In this document: one piece after another, positions 33,433 to 44,451 of the stretch
Position numbering within the stretch: the stretch's first letter is position 1
How the letters are laid out: every line of letters starts with the position of its first letter
Origin: Candidatus Nomurabacteria bacterium RIFCSPHIGHO2_12_FULL_42_19
GTDB taxonomy: Bacteria; Patescibacteriota; Minisyncoccia; Phycocordibacterales; UBA9973
Direction of reading: 5' to 3'
Assembly (NCBI GenBank): GCA_001786955.1
Contig: MFUM01000004.1
Span: forward strand, 4,457 to 68,456
Length of the DNA stretch: 64,000 nt
Made by a program: the position numbers and the translations under genes
Notes under the pieces: model-generated
The model's input: the letters and a program-made list of their open reading frames with translations, nothing else
What the model was told of the DNA's origin: nothing
Database searches by the model: none

Positions 33433-35208
33433 ATGGAAAAGACTGAAAAACTAGGCAATTTAAGGCATACTCTGGCTCACCTGCTCGCATCGGCCATCGG
33501 AGAGATTTATAAATTTGATAAAATCAAACTTACCCTCGGTCCGGCCATAGATAATGGCTTTTATTATGATATTGATTTTTGCGGCGAAAAAATGACCGAT
33601 GCGGATTTGAAAAAAATTGAAGATAAAATGCGGAAAAATTTGCCTAAATGGACAGAATGGGAACATAAAGAAATAAGCAAGGACGAAGCGTTAGAATTTT
33701 TCAAAAACGAATACAAGGCGGAATTAATAAATGAAATCGCCCTACGCGGAGAGAAAATTACTACTTATACTTGCGGAGGATTTACTGATTTATGCCGTGG
33801 TGGACACTTGGCGCATCCGTCTAAAGAAATAGATCCGGATTCTTTCAAGCTGGACCGCGTGGCCGGCGCTTACTGGCGAGGAGATGAGAAGAACAAAATG
33901 CTCACCCGAATTTACGGATTGGCTTTTGAGACCAAAGAAGAACTGGATGCATATTTAACACAAAGAGAGGAAGCAGAAAAAAGAGACCATCGAAAGCTCG
34001 GACAAGAGCTTGATATTTTTATTTTTGATGACGATGTCGGCCCGGGACTTCCGCTTTGGTTGCCAAATGGCGCCGTGATTATTGAAGAACTGGAAAAATT
34101 AGCAAAAGAAACGGAAGAAAAAGCCGGATATGTTCGTGTGCGCACTCCCCATATTGCCAAAGAATCAATGTATAAAAAAAGCGGGCATTTGCCTTATTAT
34201 GCAGACAGCATGTATTCGCCGATGGACTGTGAAGGAGAAAATTACTATCTCAAAGCGATGAATTGCCCGCACCATCATAAAATTTTTGCCGCGCGGCCAA
34301 AAAGCTATCGTGATTTGCCCCTGCGGCTTGCCGAATATGGCACAGTCTATCGTTATGAAAAATCCGGAGAACTTTTCGGGCTTATGCGCGTACGCTCCCT
34401 CTCAATGAATGACGCGCATATTTATTGTTCGGAAAAACAATTCGCGAATGAATTTCGCGCAGTTAATGAAATGTATCTTAAATATTTTAAAATTTTCGGA
34501 GTTGAAAAGTATATAATGCGATTCTCTACCCATGATCCGAAAGAACTTGGAAAAAAATATGTGGACGAACCGGAGCTCTGGCTGAAAACGGAAAAAATGG
34601 TCCGTGATGTTCTGATTGAATCAAAAATTCCATATGTTGAGGTGCCGAATGAAGCGGCTTTTTATGGGCCAAAAATAGATGTGCAAGTCTGGAGTGCTAT
34701 TGGGAAAGAGTTTACTCTGGCCACCAACCAGGTTGATTTTGCAGTGCCTAAGCGTTTTGATTTAACATTCACAAATAAAGAAGGCAAGGCAGAAACTCCG
34801 CTTTGTATCCATCGTGCGCCGCTCGGCACCCATGAAAGATTTATCGGCTTCTTGATTGAGCATTATGCCGGCATCTTCCCTCTTTGGCTCTCGCCAGTGC
34901 AGGTAAAAGTAATTCCTGTCCGCACAAATCATAATGAATATGCGAAGCAGATTTTTGAATTATTAAAAGAAAATAACATCCGTGCGGAATTGGATGATAG
35001 CGATGAAAACCTCGGCACAAAAGTCCGCGATGCAAAAAATAAAAAAATGCCTTACTGGATAGTCATCGGCGACAAAGAAATAGAAGCAAAAAAAGTAACT
35101 CTTGAATCCCGCCTGCCTGCGCAGGCAGGCGACGCTGGACAATTAGGACAAATTTCAAAAGAAGAACTCGTCGCAAAACTTGTGGCCGAGGTCAAAATTA
35201 AAATATAA
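33433..35208 (+). CDS. thrS: threonyl-tRNA synthetase lacking the N-terminal TGS domain
   Basis: Starts at the editing-domain HTLAHLL motif. Class II core and a C-terminal anticodon-binding domain. TATAAA lies 6 nt before the ATG at 33433. Confidence 0.93.
   Translation: MEKTEKLGNLRHTLAHLLASAIGEIYKFDKIKLTLGPAIDNGFYYDIDFCGEKMTDADLKKIEDKMRKNLPKWTEWEHKEISKDEALEFFKNEYKAELINEIALRGEKITTYTCGGFTDLCRGGHLAHPSKEIDPDSFKLDRVAGAYWRGDEKNKMLTRIYGLAFETKEELDAYLTQREEAEKRDHRKLGQELDIFIFDDDVGPGLPLWLPNGAVIIEELEKLAKETEEKAGYVRVRTPHIAKESMYKKSGHLPYYADSMYSPMDCEGENYYLKAMNCPHHHKIFAARPKSYRDLPLRLAEYGTVYRYEKSGELFGLMRVRSLSMNDAHIYCSEKQFANEFRAVNEMYLKYFKIFGVEKYIMRFSTHDPKELGKKYVDEPELWLKTEKMVRDVLIESKIPYVEVPNEAAFYGPKIDVQVWSAIGKEFTLATNQVDFAVPKRFDLTFTNKEGKAETPLCIHRAPLGTHERFIGFLIEHYAGIFPLWLSPVQVKVIPVRTNHNEYAKQIFELLKENNIRAELDDSDENLGTKVRDAKNKKMPYWIVIGDKEIEAKKVTLESRLPAQAGDAGQLGQISKEELVAKLVAEVKIKI
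35110..35131. repeat. family B perfect 22-bp palindrome, in frame in thrS
   Basis: CGCCTGCCTGCGCAGGCAGGCG encodes RLPAQAGD. Confidence 0.7.
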
Positions 35209-35217
35209 ACCCCCAAC

Positions 35218-35430
35218 CTAAAGTTCAAGTACCTCTTTCACAATTTGGTGTGCAACGATTTGAGCTTGTTTTCTACCCAACGCAGGAGTCATCTCCTCAA
35301 TTGCCTTTGCAATCAAAGAATCTCTTTCCTCTGGTTTGCTATCTGTCCTTTTAAGCCCCGTCATTAGCTCTACTCGCGCATCACGCAATCGCAAGTCTGG
35401 TGATTTTTGGTTTAGATCTGATTCTCTCAT
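35218..35430 (-). CDS. hypothetical 70-aa protein
   Basis: ORF only. A 25-nt segment (SKPEER region) resembles the 3' part of the neighbouring doc gene. Confidence 0.3.
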   Translation of the reverse strand: MRESDLNQKSPDLRLRDARVELMTGLKRTDSKPEERDSLIAKAIEEMTPALGRKQAQIVAHQIVKEVLEL

Positions 35431-35480
35431 TTTATATAAACTATTAAGCTAATAATGATCTAATCATACAAGTTAAGAAC

Positions 35481-35513
35481 TTATATATCAATCTCCGCCA
35501 GCTTGGCGTTGGA
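35481..35513 (-). pseudogene. displaced duplicate of the gyrB 3' end ([10 protein letters not shown]-stop)
   Basis: The minus strand tcc aac gcc aag ctg gcg gag att gat ata taa encodes the same 10 residues as the true gyrB end (36292-36324). A 14-nt core is identical. Confidence 0.7.
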
Positions 35514-35957
35514 TTATTTTGTTGCATCGTAATCTTCAATATTCTCTTCAATAAAAGAATTTATTATATTCATAATATTATGTCTTTCTTCTGGTTTGCT
35601 TTCAGCAACTTTACAGGCAAATTGATAGATATCTTGGTTGGGAGTAGAGAGCCATTTGCCATTTTGAACAAGAAAAAATAGCAGTGTTGTAACTGCAATT
35701 CTTTTATTGCCGTTTTGAAAGGGGTGATTTTTTACCATCAAATAAAAGAGTATTGCTGATTTCCCGATAAGGCCTTCGTATAAACTTTTTCTATCAAAAG
35801 TTTGAAATGGTGTTGCAATACAACTTTCCAATTTATCTGGAAAACGCGTTTCAAAGTCAGGAATTGGTTCATTCCATTCCATAAATTCCTTGGCGAGTTG
35901 AAAAGCGATATATTCCACATCTGCCAGATTAATACGTTTAATCGTTTGACGTGCCAT
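35514..35957 (-). CDS. doc: Doc (death-on-curing, Fic-fold) toxin
   Basis: HPFQNGNKRIAV matches the Fic/Doc motif HxFx(D/N)(A/G)NKR. Confidence 0.85.
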   Translation of the reverse strand: MARQTIKRINLADVEYIAFQLAKEFMEWNEPIPDFETRFPDKLESCIATPFQTFDRKSLYEGLIGKSAILFYLMVKNHPFQNGNKRIAVTTLLFFLVQNGKWLSTPNQDIYQFACKVAESKPEERHNIMNIINSFIEENIEDYDATK

Positions 35958-35967
35958 AAAATTTTAA

Positions 35968-36252
35968 TTATTCTTTTCCGAGTTTTCGCAATGCGGGACC
36001 ATATTTCTTTACCACACGCTTAACAACATCTTCTATATCCTTTTTGCGACGATCTGGCACAAAAACGCCTAAAATGGTCTCATATTCTTCTCTTGGAATA
36101 ATATAATTTCTTCCAATTTTTTCAGCATGTATTTGGCCTGACCGAATCTTCTTAAAAATAGCAACTCTGGAAACACCAAGAAGTTTCGCTATTTCCGGCG
36201 CAGAAAAGTACTTTTTGCTCTCTCCTTCAAAAATATGCTTATTTTTCAACAT
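35968..36252 (-). CDS. excisionase-type HTH DNA-binding protein, putative antitoxin of Doc
   Basis: SAPEIAKLLGVSRVAIFKKIRSGQIHAEKIG helix-turn-helix. Lies 10 nt upstream of doc. Confidence 0.65.
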   Translation of the reverse strand: MLKNKHIFEGESKKYFSAPEIAKLLGVSRVAIFKKIRSGQIHAEKIGRNYIIPREEYETILGVFVPDRRKKDIEDVVKRVVKKYGPALRKLGKE

Positions 36253-36290
36253 ATATATAGGTTAACATATGTTAACTCATAAATCAATGG
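36253..36290 (-). promoter_or_regulatory. putative cassette promoter with a palindromic operator
   Basis: TTGATT (36287-36282)-17-TAACCT (36264-36259), 6 nt before the ATG. The perfect 16-bp palindrome GTTAACATATGTTAAC (36261-36276) overlaps the -10. Confidence 0.35.
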
Positions 36291-36291
36291 G

Positions 36292-38397
<2,106 letters not shown>

Positions 38398-38412
38398 CTA
38401 TTATAGCAAATT

Positions 38413-40269
38413 TTACCGCACTTGCCAACCATTATTCTCCTTGATTTTATTGGTTATTTGAGTCATAACTGCATTTATTTCCGCATCTGTAAGAGTCCTA
38501 TCAAAAGACTGGAAAACTACCCTAAAAGCATAAGAGATTTTATCGTCCTTTTTAAACTCATCAAAGAGTTCCGGGCCACGAATTGCAAGACTTCCGGCAT
38601 TATTTTTTATAATTTTTTCTACATCTTTACTTTTAACTCCCTCCGGCACCCAGACGGCAATATCGCGTGCGATAAAAGGAAACAAGGACCACATCTTAAA
38701 AGCTCCGCCTGTGTGCTTTTGCGAACGGTGACGTTGCGAAGCAGGATATTCCTGAGCAAAAGCATCAGGCGAGGCTGATTTACAAAATTCTTCAAGACTC
38801 ATTTCTTTTACTTCTTTTTTATTTCCATAAGCCACATTCATTTCTTCCCCGCTCTTTTTAAACACCGTTCCAATTTCAAAAATTTTTATTTCGTCCATCC
38901 CCAACAAAGGCACGTTGAGTTGGTTTAATTTCAAACTTTCCTTCAGTCCGTCAGTCAGATTCGTCCGCAAAAATTTTTTATCCGAAGCGCTCTGCATCAC
39001 TTCCACTTCCCCACTATTACAAAAAGTATAAGTCATTACTTCACTATATCCTTCGCCGAGCAATTTATTTCTCGCCCAGGAAATCTTCGCATAAGTTTCA
39101 TTTACTTTTGTTTTAAAATTAATTTTTGGTATTTTTCCTTTTACTTTGTCATAGCCAATAATCCTTCCGATTTCTTCTGCCATATCTTCCTCAATTACTA
39201 AATCAAGCCGCATCGGTGGCACGGTGATTACGTATTCTTCTCCCCCTGCTAAGGGGGAGTGCCCATCGGGCGAGGGGGTCTTTGTATATTCAAAGTTATA
39301 TCTTTTCAAAATATCTTCCACTTGAGACACAGAAATGTCCAAACCAAGAATTTTTGAAATTTTTTCCACCGAGAAAGAAAGCTTTCTGATCTCCTGTTTT
39401 TGGGGATAGACATCGACAATGTTTTCAAAAATAGCTTCCGGACACATTTCTAAAATAAGCGCCGATAATTCCAGCATAGCGTGCGGGCCAAGTTCCGGAG
39501 ATAAATCGTTTTCAAAGCGCTTGCGTGCGTCCGTAAATATATTCAAAGCCTGCGCGGTTTTTCTTACGGAAGTTGGATTAAAATTAGCAACTTCCAGAAT
39601 TATATCTTTTGTATTATTATCTACTTCCGCAATTTTCCCGCCCTTGATGCCAGCAATGGCTAAGACATTCTTATCGTCCGAAATGACCATATTTGAAGAT
39701 TTGAACTTTATTTCTTTATTGTCCAGGGTGGTCATCTCCTCGCCGTCTTTACCGTTTCGGACAATTATGTCGCCCTGTATTTTATCCAAATCAAAAGCAT
39801 GTGCGGGCTGACCGCAATCAAACATCACAATATTCGCCGCATCTACCACATTATTTATGCTTCTCTGCCCTATTGACTCCAGATGCTTTATGACCCATTC
39901 CGGACTGGTGCCAATTTTAATATTCTTTACAATTCTCCCCATATATCTTCTACATTTATCTGATTGGACATCAATTTTTAATTCTGCCTGCCCCGCCGGA
40001 GCCTTGGGCGCAGGCGGGGGAATTTTATACTTCGGAGCAGGATCAACATACTTTATATTTAAAAGTGAAGCGAGTTCACGCGCCACGCCCTGGTGGCTAA
40101 GTAAATCATGCGCGCGGTTTGGCAAGATTTTCAAATCAAAAATATTATCATCCCCTTTTTTCTCTAAACTCTCAACTTCACAAAGATGGTAATTAAAAAC
40201 ATCCACAAATTTTTCTGCATCAGGTGCTTCCGGTATATACCATTTGAGCCAATTGTAAGAAATCAACAT
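38413..40269 (-). CDS. pheT: phenylalanyl-tRNA synthetase beta subunit (short form)
   Basis: B3/4, B5 and FDX-ACB-like C-terminal regions. Directly downstream of pheS. Confidence 0.9.
   Translation of the reverse strand: MLISYNWLKWYIPEAPDAEKFVDVFNYHLCEVESLEKKGDDNIFDLKILPNRAHDLLSHQGVARELASLLNIKYVDPAPKYKIPPPAPKAPAGQAELKIDVQSDKCRRYMGRIVKNIKIGTSPEWVIKHLESIGQRSINNVVDAANIVMFDCGQPAHAFDLDKIQGDIIVRNGKDGEEMTTLDNKEIKFKSSNMVISDDKNVLAIAGIKGGKIAEVDNNTKDIILEVANFNPTSVRKTAQALNIFTDARKRFENDLSPELGPHAMLELSALILEMCPEAIFENIVDVYPQKQEIRKLSFSVEKISKILGLDISVSQVEDILKRYNFEYTKTPSPDGHSPLAGGEEYVITVPPMRLDLVIEEDMAEEIGRIIGYDKVKGKIPKINFKTKVNETYAKISWARNKLLGEGYSEVMTYTFCNSGEVEVMQSASDKKFLRTNLTDGLKESLKLNQLNVPLLGMDEIKIFEIGTVFKKSGEEMNVAYGNKKEVKEMSLEEFCKSASPDAFAQEYPASQRHRSQKHTGGAFKMWSLFPFIARDIAVWVPEGVKSKDVEKIIKNNAGSLAIRGPELFDEFKKDDKISYAFRVVFQSFDRTLTDAEINAVMTQITNKIKENNGWQVR
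38708..38769. repeat. family E hairpin element, in frame in pheT
   Basis: TGCTTTTGC / GCAAAAGCA arms around the core TGCGAACGGTGACGTTGCGAAGCAGGATATTCCTGAGC. Compare trmD 23908-23974. Confidence 0.65.
39237..39280 (-). repeat. family A module X copy, in frame in pheT
   Basis: The coding strand GACCCCCTCGCCCGATGGGCACTCCCCCTTAGCAGGGGGAGAAG encodes TPSPDGHSPLAGGEE. Confidence 0.65.
39984..40020. repeat. family B-like GC-rich insert, in frame in pheT
   Basis: CTGCCTGCCCCGCCggagccttgggcgcaGGCGGGGG encodes PPPAPKAPAGQAE. Confidence 0.55.
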
Positions 40270-40280
40270 AAATTAAGTTA

Positions 40281-41072
40281 TTAAAACTGATTGAGGCGTA
40301 AATCTCCCTGATAAAAAAGTCTAACATCCGGAATACCCCATTTAATCATAGCAATACGGTCCAATCCTCCGCCGAAAGCAAAACCTTGGTATTTTTTAGG
40401 GTCCAAGCCGCAATTTTTGAGTACATTTGGGTGTAAAACACCTGAACCCATCATCTCAAGCCACTTCCCTTTGAACTTGGCGAAAACTTCCAGAGATGGT
40501 TCGGTAAAAGGGAAAAAACTGGGGCGAAATTCTACCTCCACATCATCACTCAACATTTTTTTGTAAAAATGGGTTAATACGCCCTTCAAATCAGCAAGGG
40601 AAACATTTTCTCCCACCATTGCTCCGTCTATCTGATAAAATTGCATTTCGTGCGTTGCATCCGTAGCTTCGTTGCGGAAAACTTTTCCGATGGAAATAAA
40701 AGCGGCTGGCAATCTGCCGTCTTTGCCCGCTTGCTCAATCGCGCGGGCGGTTACGGTCGTCGTATGTGTTCGCAACACAGATTTTGAATTACCACCCCCT
40801 GCCCCCTCCTTATCAAGGCGGGGAGGATTCTTTTCTCCTCCTGCCTGAGGAGGAGTGCCCGAAGGACGAGGTGGTTCTTTTATCCAAAATGTATCCTGCA
40901 TATCCAGCGCCGGATGGTCTTTCGAAAAATTCAAGGCGTAAAAGTTATACCAGTCGCTCTCCAGCTCCGGCCCGGTCGCGATTTCAAAACCAAGCTCCGA
41001 AAAAGCCCGATAAGCCTCCTCGGCTAACAGAGAAAGCGGATGTATTGTGCCCTTTTTTATGTCTTCGTTCAT
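40281..41072 (-). CDS. pheS: phenylalanyl-tRNA synthetase alpha subunit (catalytic core only)
   Basis: Class II motifs (LRTHTT, FRNEATDATH, GFAFGGGLDRIAM). The N-terminal coiled coil is absent. Confidence 0.9.
   Translation of the reverse strand: MNEDIKKGTIHPLSLLAEEAYRAFSELGFEIATGPELESDWYNFYALNFSKDHPALDMQDTFWIKEPPRPSGTPPQAGGEKNPPRLDKEGAGGGNSKSVLRTHTTTVTARAIEQAGKDGRLPAAFISIGKVFRNEATDATHEMQFYQIDGAMVGENVSLADLKGVLTHFYKKMLSDDVEVEFRPSFFPFTEPSLEVFAKFKGKWLEMMGSGVLHPNVLKNCGLDPKKYQGFAFGGGLDRIAMIKWGIPDVRLFYQGDLRLNQF
40782..40875 (-). repeat. family A element (modules X then Y), in frame in pheS
   Basis: The coding strand ACCACCTCGTCCTTCGGGCACTCCTCCTCAGGCAGGAGGAGAAAAGAATCCTCCCCGCCTTGATAAGGAGGGGGCAGGGGGTGGTAATTCAAAA encodes PPRPSGTPPQAGGEKNPPRLDKEGAGGGNSK. 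Confidence 0.8.
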
Positions 41073-41075
41073 TGA

Positions 41076-41297
41076 TTAATGATGCGGGTGAATGGAGCCA
41101 TCATGTCCTAATTTATATTCAACCGTTTTGCCATTAACATGAGCAGAAAAAACACCACTTTGATGATTTTCAACATGTTTAAATAATTGATCTCTTAGCT
41201 CATCACTCATGCCTGCTAGGGCAGCATACGCGTGAGGGTGATTAGTAGCGTTAATATCATGCTCACCTATTTTTAGTCTTACATTTTCGTCTGACAT
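41076..41297 (-). CDS. hypothetical His-rich 73-aa protein
   Basis: ORF ending 4 nt upstream of pheS. No family recognised. Confidence 0.35.
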   Translation of the reverse strand: MSDENVRLKIGEHDINATNHPHAYAALAGMSDELRDQLFKHVENHQSGVFSAHVNGKTVEYKLGHDGSIHPHH

Positions 41298-41358
41298 ATA
41301 TTTAATAAAAATTAACTTATAATAAACAGATTATACCAAAAAATACCTATTTTACCAG

Positions 41359-44256
41359 TCATTTTTTCTTATAAATTTCTGCCATCCGGCAGTATTCGCA
41401 TTCGGTATTTTTGCCGTAAGAATTGTAGCGGCACTCCCGCTCCAACCAACGTCCGTTTTTCACCGACTCATCGTAATCAGCAATATCTTTTTTTAGCAGT
41501 CTAATTTCTTTTTCGGTGATTATTCTCTCATAAAAACTTTCTTTTTCATCTTTCGCTTCTAGAAATTCTAGCCGGCTTTCACTGACACTTACTTTCCACT
41601 CGGGGCTTTGATTAATTAAAAAAGAATACATCGCAAGCTGCCGTAAATTTCCACTCATCCTTCCTTCTTCGTCAAGCTTCTCAATTTCGAACTTTTTTCT
41701 TACTCCTCCGGTCTTAAAGTCCGTCACCCGCACCTCTTTGCCGTTTAAGTTTTCAATAAGGTCGATTTTCCCGTAAATCTTCAGGTGCGGATAATCGTTG
41801 TCTTTTATGGCAATGCTTTCTTCGGTCTTGCGGCTGAATTTTATTTCTTTCAGGCGGTTCTCTGTCCAGGATAAAACTACGCTTAAAATTTCTTTTCCTA
41901 TTCGCATACGTTCTCTGGAATCTTCAAACTCCCGCTTCAAAACCTCTTCGGTAACGATATCCTCGACTTCGCCCGGAGTTGGAATATTTTTCATCTTCAA
42001 AATCCTGTCTATTGACGCATGGACGGCAATACCGAATTCCAAAACTTCAATTTTATCTTTAGGCAGCTGCAATAAATTTTCAAAATACCATTTCCACGGG
42101 CATTCAAAGAAATTATTAAGCAACGAGACAGAAACATACCTGTCTTTGTATTTGTCTTTCACCAGCTTCGCCAGATGTGAAAGGTTCGTATTTTTATGAA
42201 TTTTTTTCTTTAGGGCCTGAGCCTTCTCTTTTTTAAAGACTTGGGGAGGCAAATCCGCTATAACCCTAGCAAGCTCCTGACTTCCTCCTTTCAAAGATTC
42301 TTTGGAATAAGAAAGGGTGCAGAATCTTTTGGCCCGGGTTATGGCCACATAGAGTTTGCGTTTTATGGCATCTATGTCTCGTTCTTCAACCCCCTCCGCT
42401 ATACTCTCGGATAATGTAAAGCCCATATGCCTGCCACCCACCAGTGATTTCTCATCCATGTGCGCAATCCAAACATAATCGAATTCCAACCCCTTCGAAG
42501 AATGCATAGTAAGAACTTTCACCCCCTCAGAAGAAGTAGTGAGAATTGGTATATGTTCATTATAAAATTCCAATTTTTCCAAATACGAAACGAACTGTGT
42601 GAATGTGATGTTGGGATTCTTTTCTTCTTCCCGAATCAAAAGTCCTAAAACGGTATCTAAAATTTCTTTGCCTGAAATAATTTTTTTCTCCCTGTTTTCG
42701 TTCTCAAATAGTTCTTGTCCGATTATTTGAATTAATGATTTCAAATCATTATCTTTAGAATCATCTTTCCATTTAATAAGTTCCCTAATCCACTTCTCTA
42801 CATTATTGTCAGCGGAAAAAAGAGTCGGAACTTTTTCGGAGATTTTTTCGAAAGAAAATTCTCGCATATTTTGAGAAACTATAAAAGCATGAGCCGAAAG
42901 TGGTTCGATGCCTGATATCTTGTCAAAAAAAGACAGGGCTAGAGACGTAATATCTCCATTATTAATTATTTTCAAAACTCGGATGAGTGCCTGCGTTTCC
43001 TCCTGGTCGAAAAGGCTTAGAGCTTCAAGGGTTCCGACTGGCACTCCCCCTTCATGTAATAATTCAAGTGCTCTGCGGACTTGTCTGTTCTTTGGCACCA
43101 GTATCGCGCAATCGTTAGAGTTTATCCCCTTTTTTATTTTTTCTTTTATATCAATTAAGGCGGCATAAATTTCCTCTTCCGGATTATCGGCCTCAAATAG
43201 TCTTATTATATGTTTTTCTTTATTTTGGCTTTTCAGTTTCTGGTCGGATAATACACTTTGCAGGAGTGCATGAGAAGCATCCAAGATCACCTGCGTAGAG
43301 CGATAATTGTCTACCAAGGTGATAAGCTTGGCGTCCGGAAATGTCTTCTTGAAACCGGCAAAGTATTCTATCGAAGCTCCGCTAAATCCATAAATGAGCT
43401 GCCTATCGTCGCCGACCACAAAAATGTCCGGCCTTTCAACAGCAGCCCAAACGCTGGTTAAAAATTCATTTTGCACGCGGGAAGAATCCTGATGCTCGTC
43501 TATGAGAATATACAAATATCTTTCTCGGATGAGTGAAGCGGCTTCATTGGAAACTTCCACAATCTTTAACAGAGATTCCAAAATGTCGTCATAATCCAAC
43601 ACATTTTTTTCCTTCTTTTTTTTCTCATATAAATCAATAAATATAATAACCTCCTTGGTCCGTTCCAGGCTTTCACTTCTTTTGGCGTCTTTTTTAAATT
43701 TGCTTTCGCCCAAATCTGCAACTTCTTTATCGATGCTCTTTGAAAATTCTTTGAGTGTTATACGCCCCCTTTTTAAAAGTGAGATGAGAGACTTTAGGTC
43801 TTGAAAATACCGCATAGGATTACCCCGCGGGCGAAGGTATTCCCAATCATTGTCCCGTAATATTTGGTCGAAAAATATCGCCCGGTCGGTGTCTTCCAAA
43901 AGTTTCGGCGCTGCCGTGAGCCTAAGAACCTTAAAATGTTCTTCTATTATTTTCATACCAAAGCTATGGAAGGTAAAAATATTTACTTTTTCTCCCGATT
44001 TACCGATATAACGATTCAAGCGCTCTTTCATGGCATCCACTCCGGAATTTGTAAAAGTGAGACATAAAATCCCGTCTGCCTTGATGTCGGTTTTCTGTAA
44101 GATATTAGCAATGCGAAGCGCCAGAATCTGCGTTTTGCCCGTCCCGGGGCCTGCCACCACCATTACCGGACCGTCTATAGTGTCCACGGCCTCTTTTTGA
44201 GCCTTGTTTAGATTTTTATATTTCTCGCCAAAAACATCACTATCGCCCATAGACAC
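41359..44256 (-). CDS. UvrD/PcrA-type helicase fused to a C-terminal PD-(D/E)XK (RecB/Cas4-like) nuclease with a Cys cluster
   Basis: Walker A GPGTGKT, DEHQDS, and helicase motifs through VAITRAK. C-terminus: FECPWKWY...GKIDLIE..VTDFKTG...QLAMY...CRYNSYGKNTECEYC. Confidence 0.8.
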   Translation of the reverse strand: MSMGDSDVFGEKYKNLNKAQKEAVDTIDGPVMVVAGPGTGKTQILALRIANILQKTDIKADGILCLTFTNSGVDAMKERLNRYIGKSGEKVNIFTFHSFGMKIIEEHFKVLRLTAAPKLLEDTDRAIFFDQILRDNDWEYLRPRGNPMRYFQDLKSLISLLKRGRITLKEFSKSIDKEVADLGESKFKKDAKRSESLERTKEVIIFIDLYEKKKKEKNVLDYDDILESLLKIVEVSNEAASLIRERYLYILIDEHQDSSRVQNEFLTSVWAAVERPDIFVVGDDRQLIYGFSGASIEYFAGFKKTFPDAKLITLVDNYRSTQVILDASHALLQSVLSDQKLKSQNKEKHIIRLFEADNPEEEIYAALIDIKEKIKKGINSNDCAILVPKNRQVRRALELLHEGGVPVGTLEALSLFDQEETQALIRVLKIINNGDITSLALSFFDKISGIEPLSAHAFIVSQNMREFSFEKISEKVPTLFSADNNVEKWIRELIKWKDDSKDNDLKSLIQIIGQELFENENREKKIISGKEILDTVLGLLIREEEKNPNITFTQFVSYLEKLEFYNEHIPILTTSSEGVKVLTMHSSKGLEFDYVWIAHMDEKSLVGGRHMGFTLSESIAEGVEERDIDAIKRKLYVAITRAKRFCTLSYSKESLKGGSQELARVIADLPPQVFKKEKAQALKKKIHKNTNLSHLAKLVKDKYKDRYVSVSLLNNFFECPWKWYFENLLQLPKDKIEVLEFGIAVHASIDRILKMKNIPTPGEVEDIVTEEVLKREFEDSRERMRIGKEILSVVLSWTENRLKEIKFSRKTEESIAIKDNDYPHLKIYGKIDLIENLNGKEVRVTDFKTGGVRKKFEIEKLDEEGRMSGNLRQLAMYSFLINQSPEWKVSVSESRLEFLEAKDEKESFYERIITEKEIRLLKKDIADYDESVKNGRWLERECRYNSYGKNTECEYCRMAEIYKKK

Positions 44257-44366
44257 ATTTTAACACCTTAAGAGACTTTCTCCATCTGCATTATATAACC
44301 AAATTATGTGTCAAATAAACGGTAAAATGCTTTCTTTTTATTGGAAATAATGTAAATTAGAGACAA

Positions 44367-44392
44367 GGAGGATTCGCATAGCGGTCTAGTGC
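44367..44392 (+). pseudogene. 5' fragment (acceptor + D arm) duplicate of tRNA-Ser(GGA)
   Basis: GGAGGATTCGCATAGCGGTCTAGTGC matches GGAGGGTTCGCATAGCGGTCTAGTGC at 44452-44477 (25/26). CTTGGAAAGCG is also repeated (44408-44418 and 44483-44493). No T arm. Confidence 0.6.
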
Positions 44393-44451
44393 CGAAGGAA
44401 ATATAGACTTGGAAAGCGCTTTTTTGTTTGTTAGTATTTGAATTGAAAAAT

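Noticed and set aside
43815-43850. GGATTACCCCGCGGGCGAAGGTATTCC in the helicase gene as a hairpin insert
   Set aside because: The arms are imperfect and no second copy was seen in the window, so it is left uncalled.
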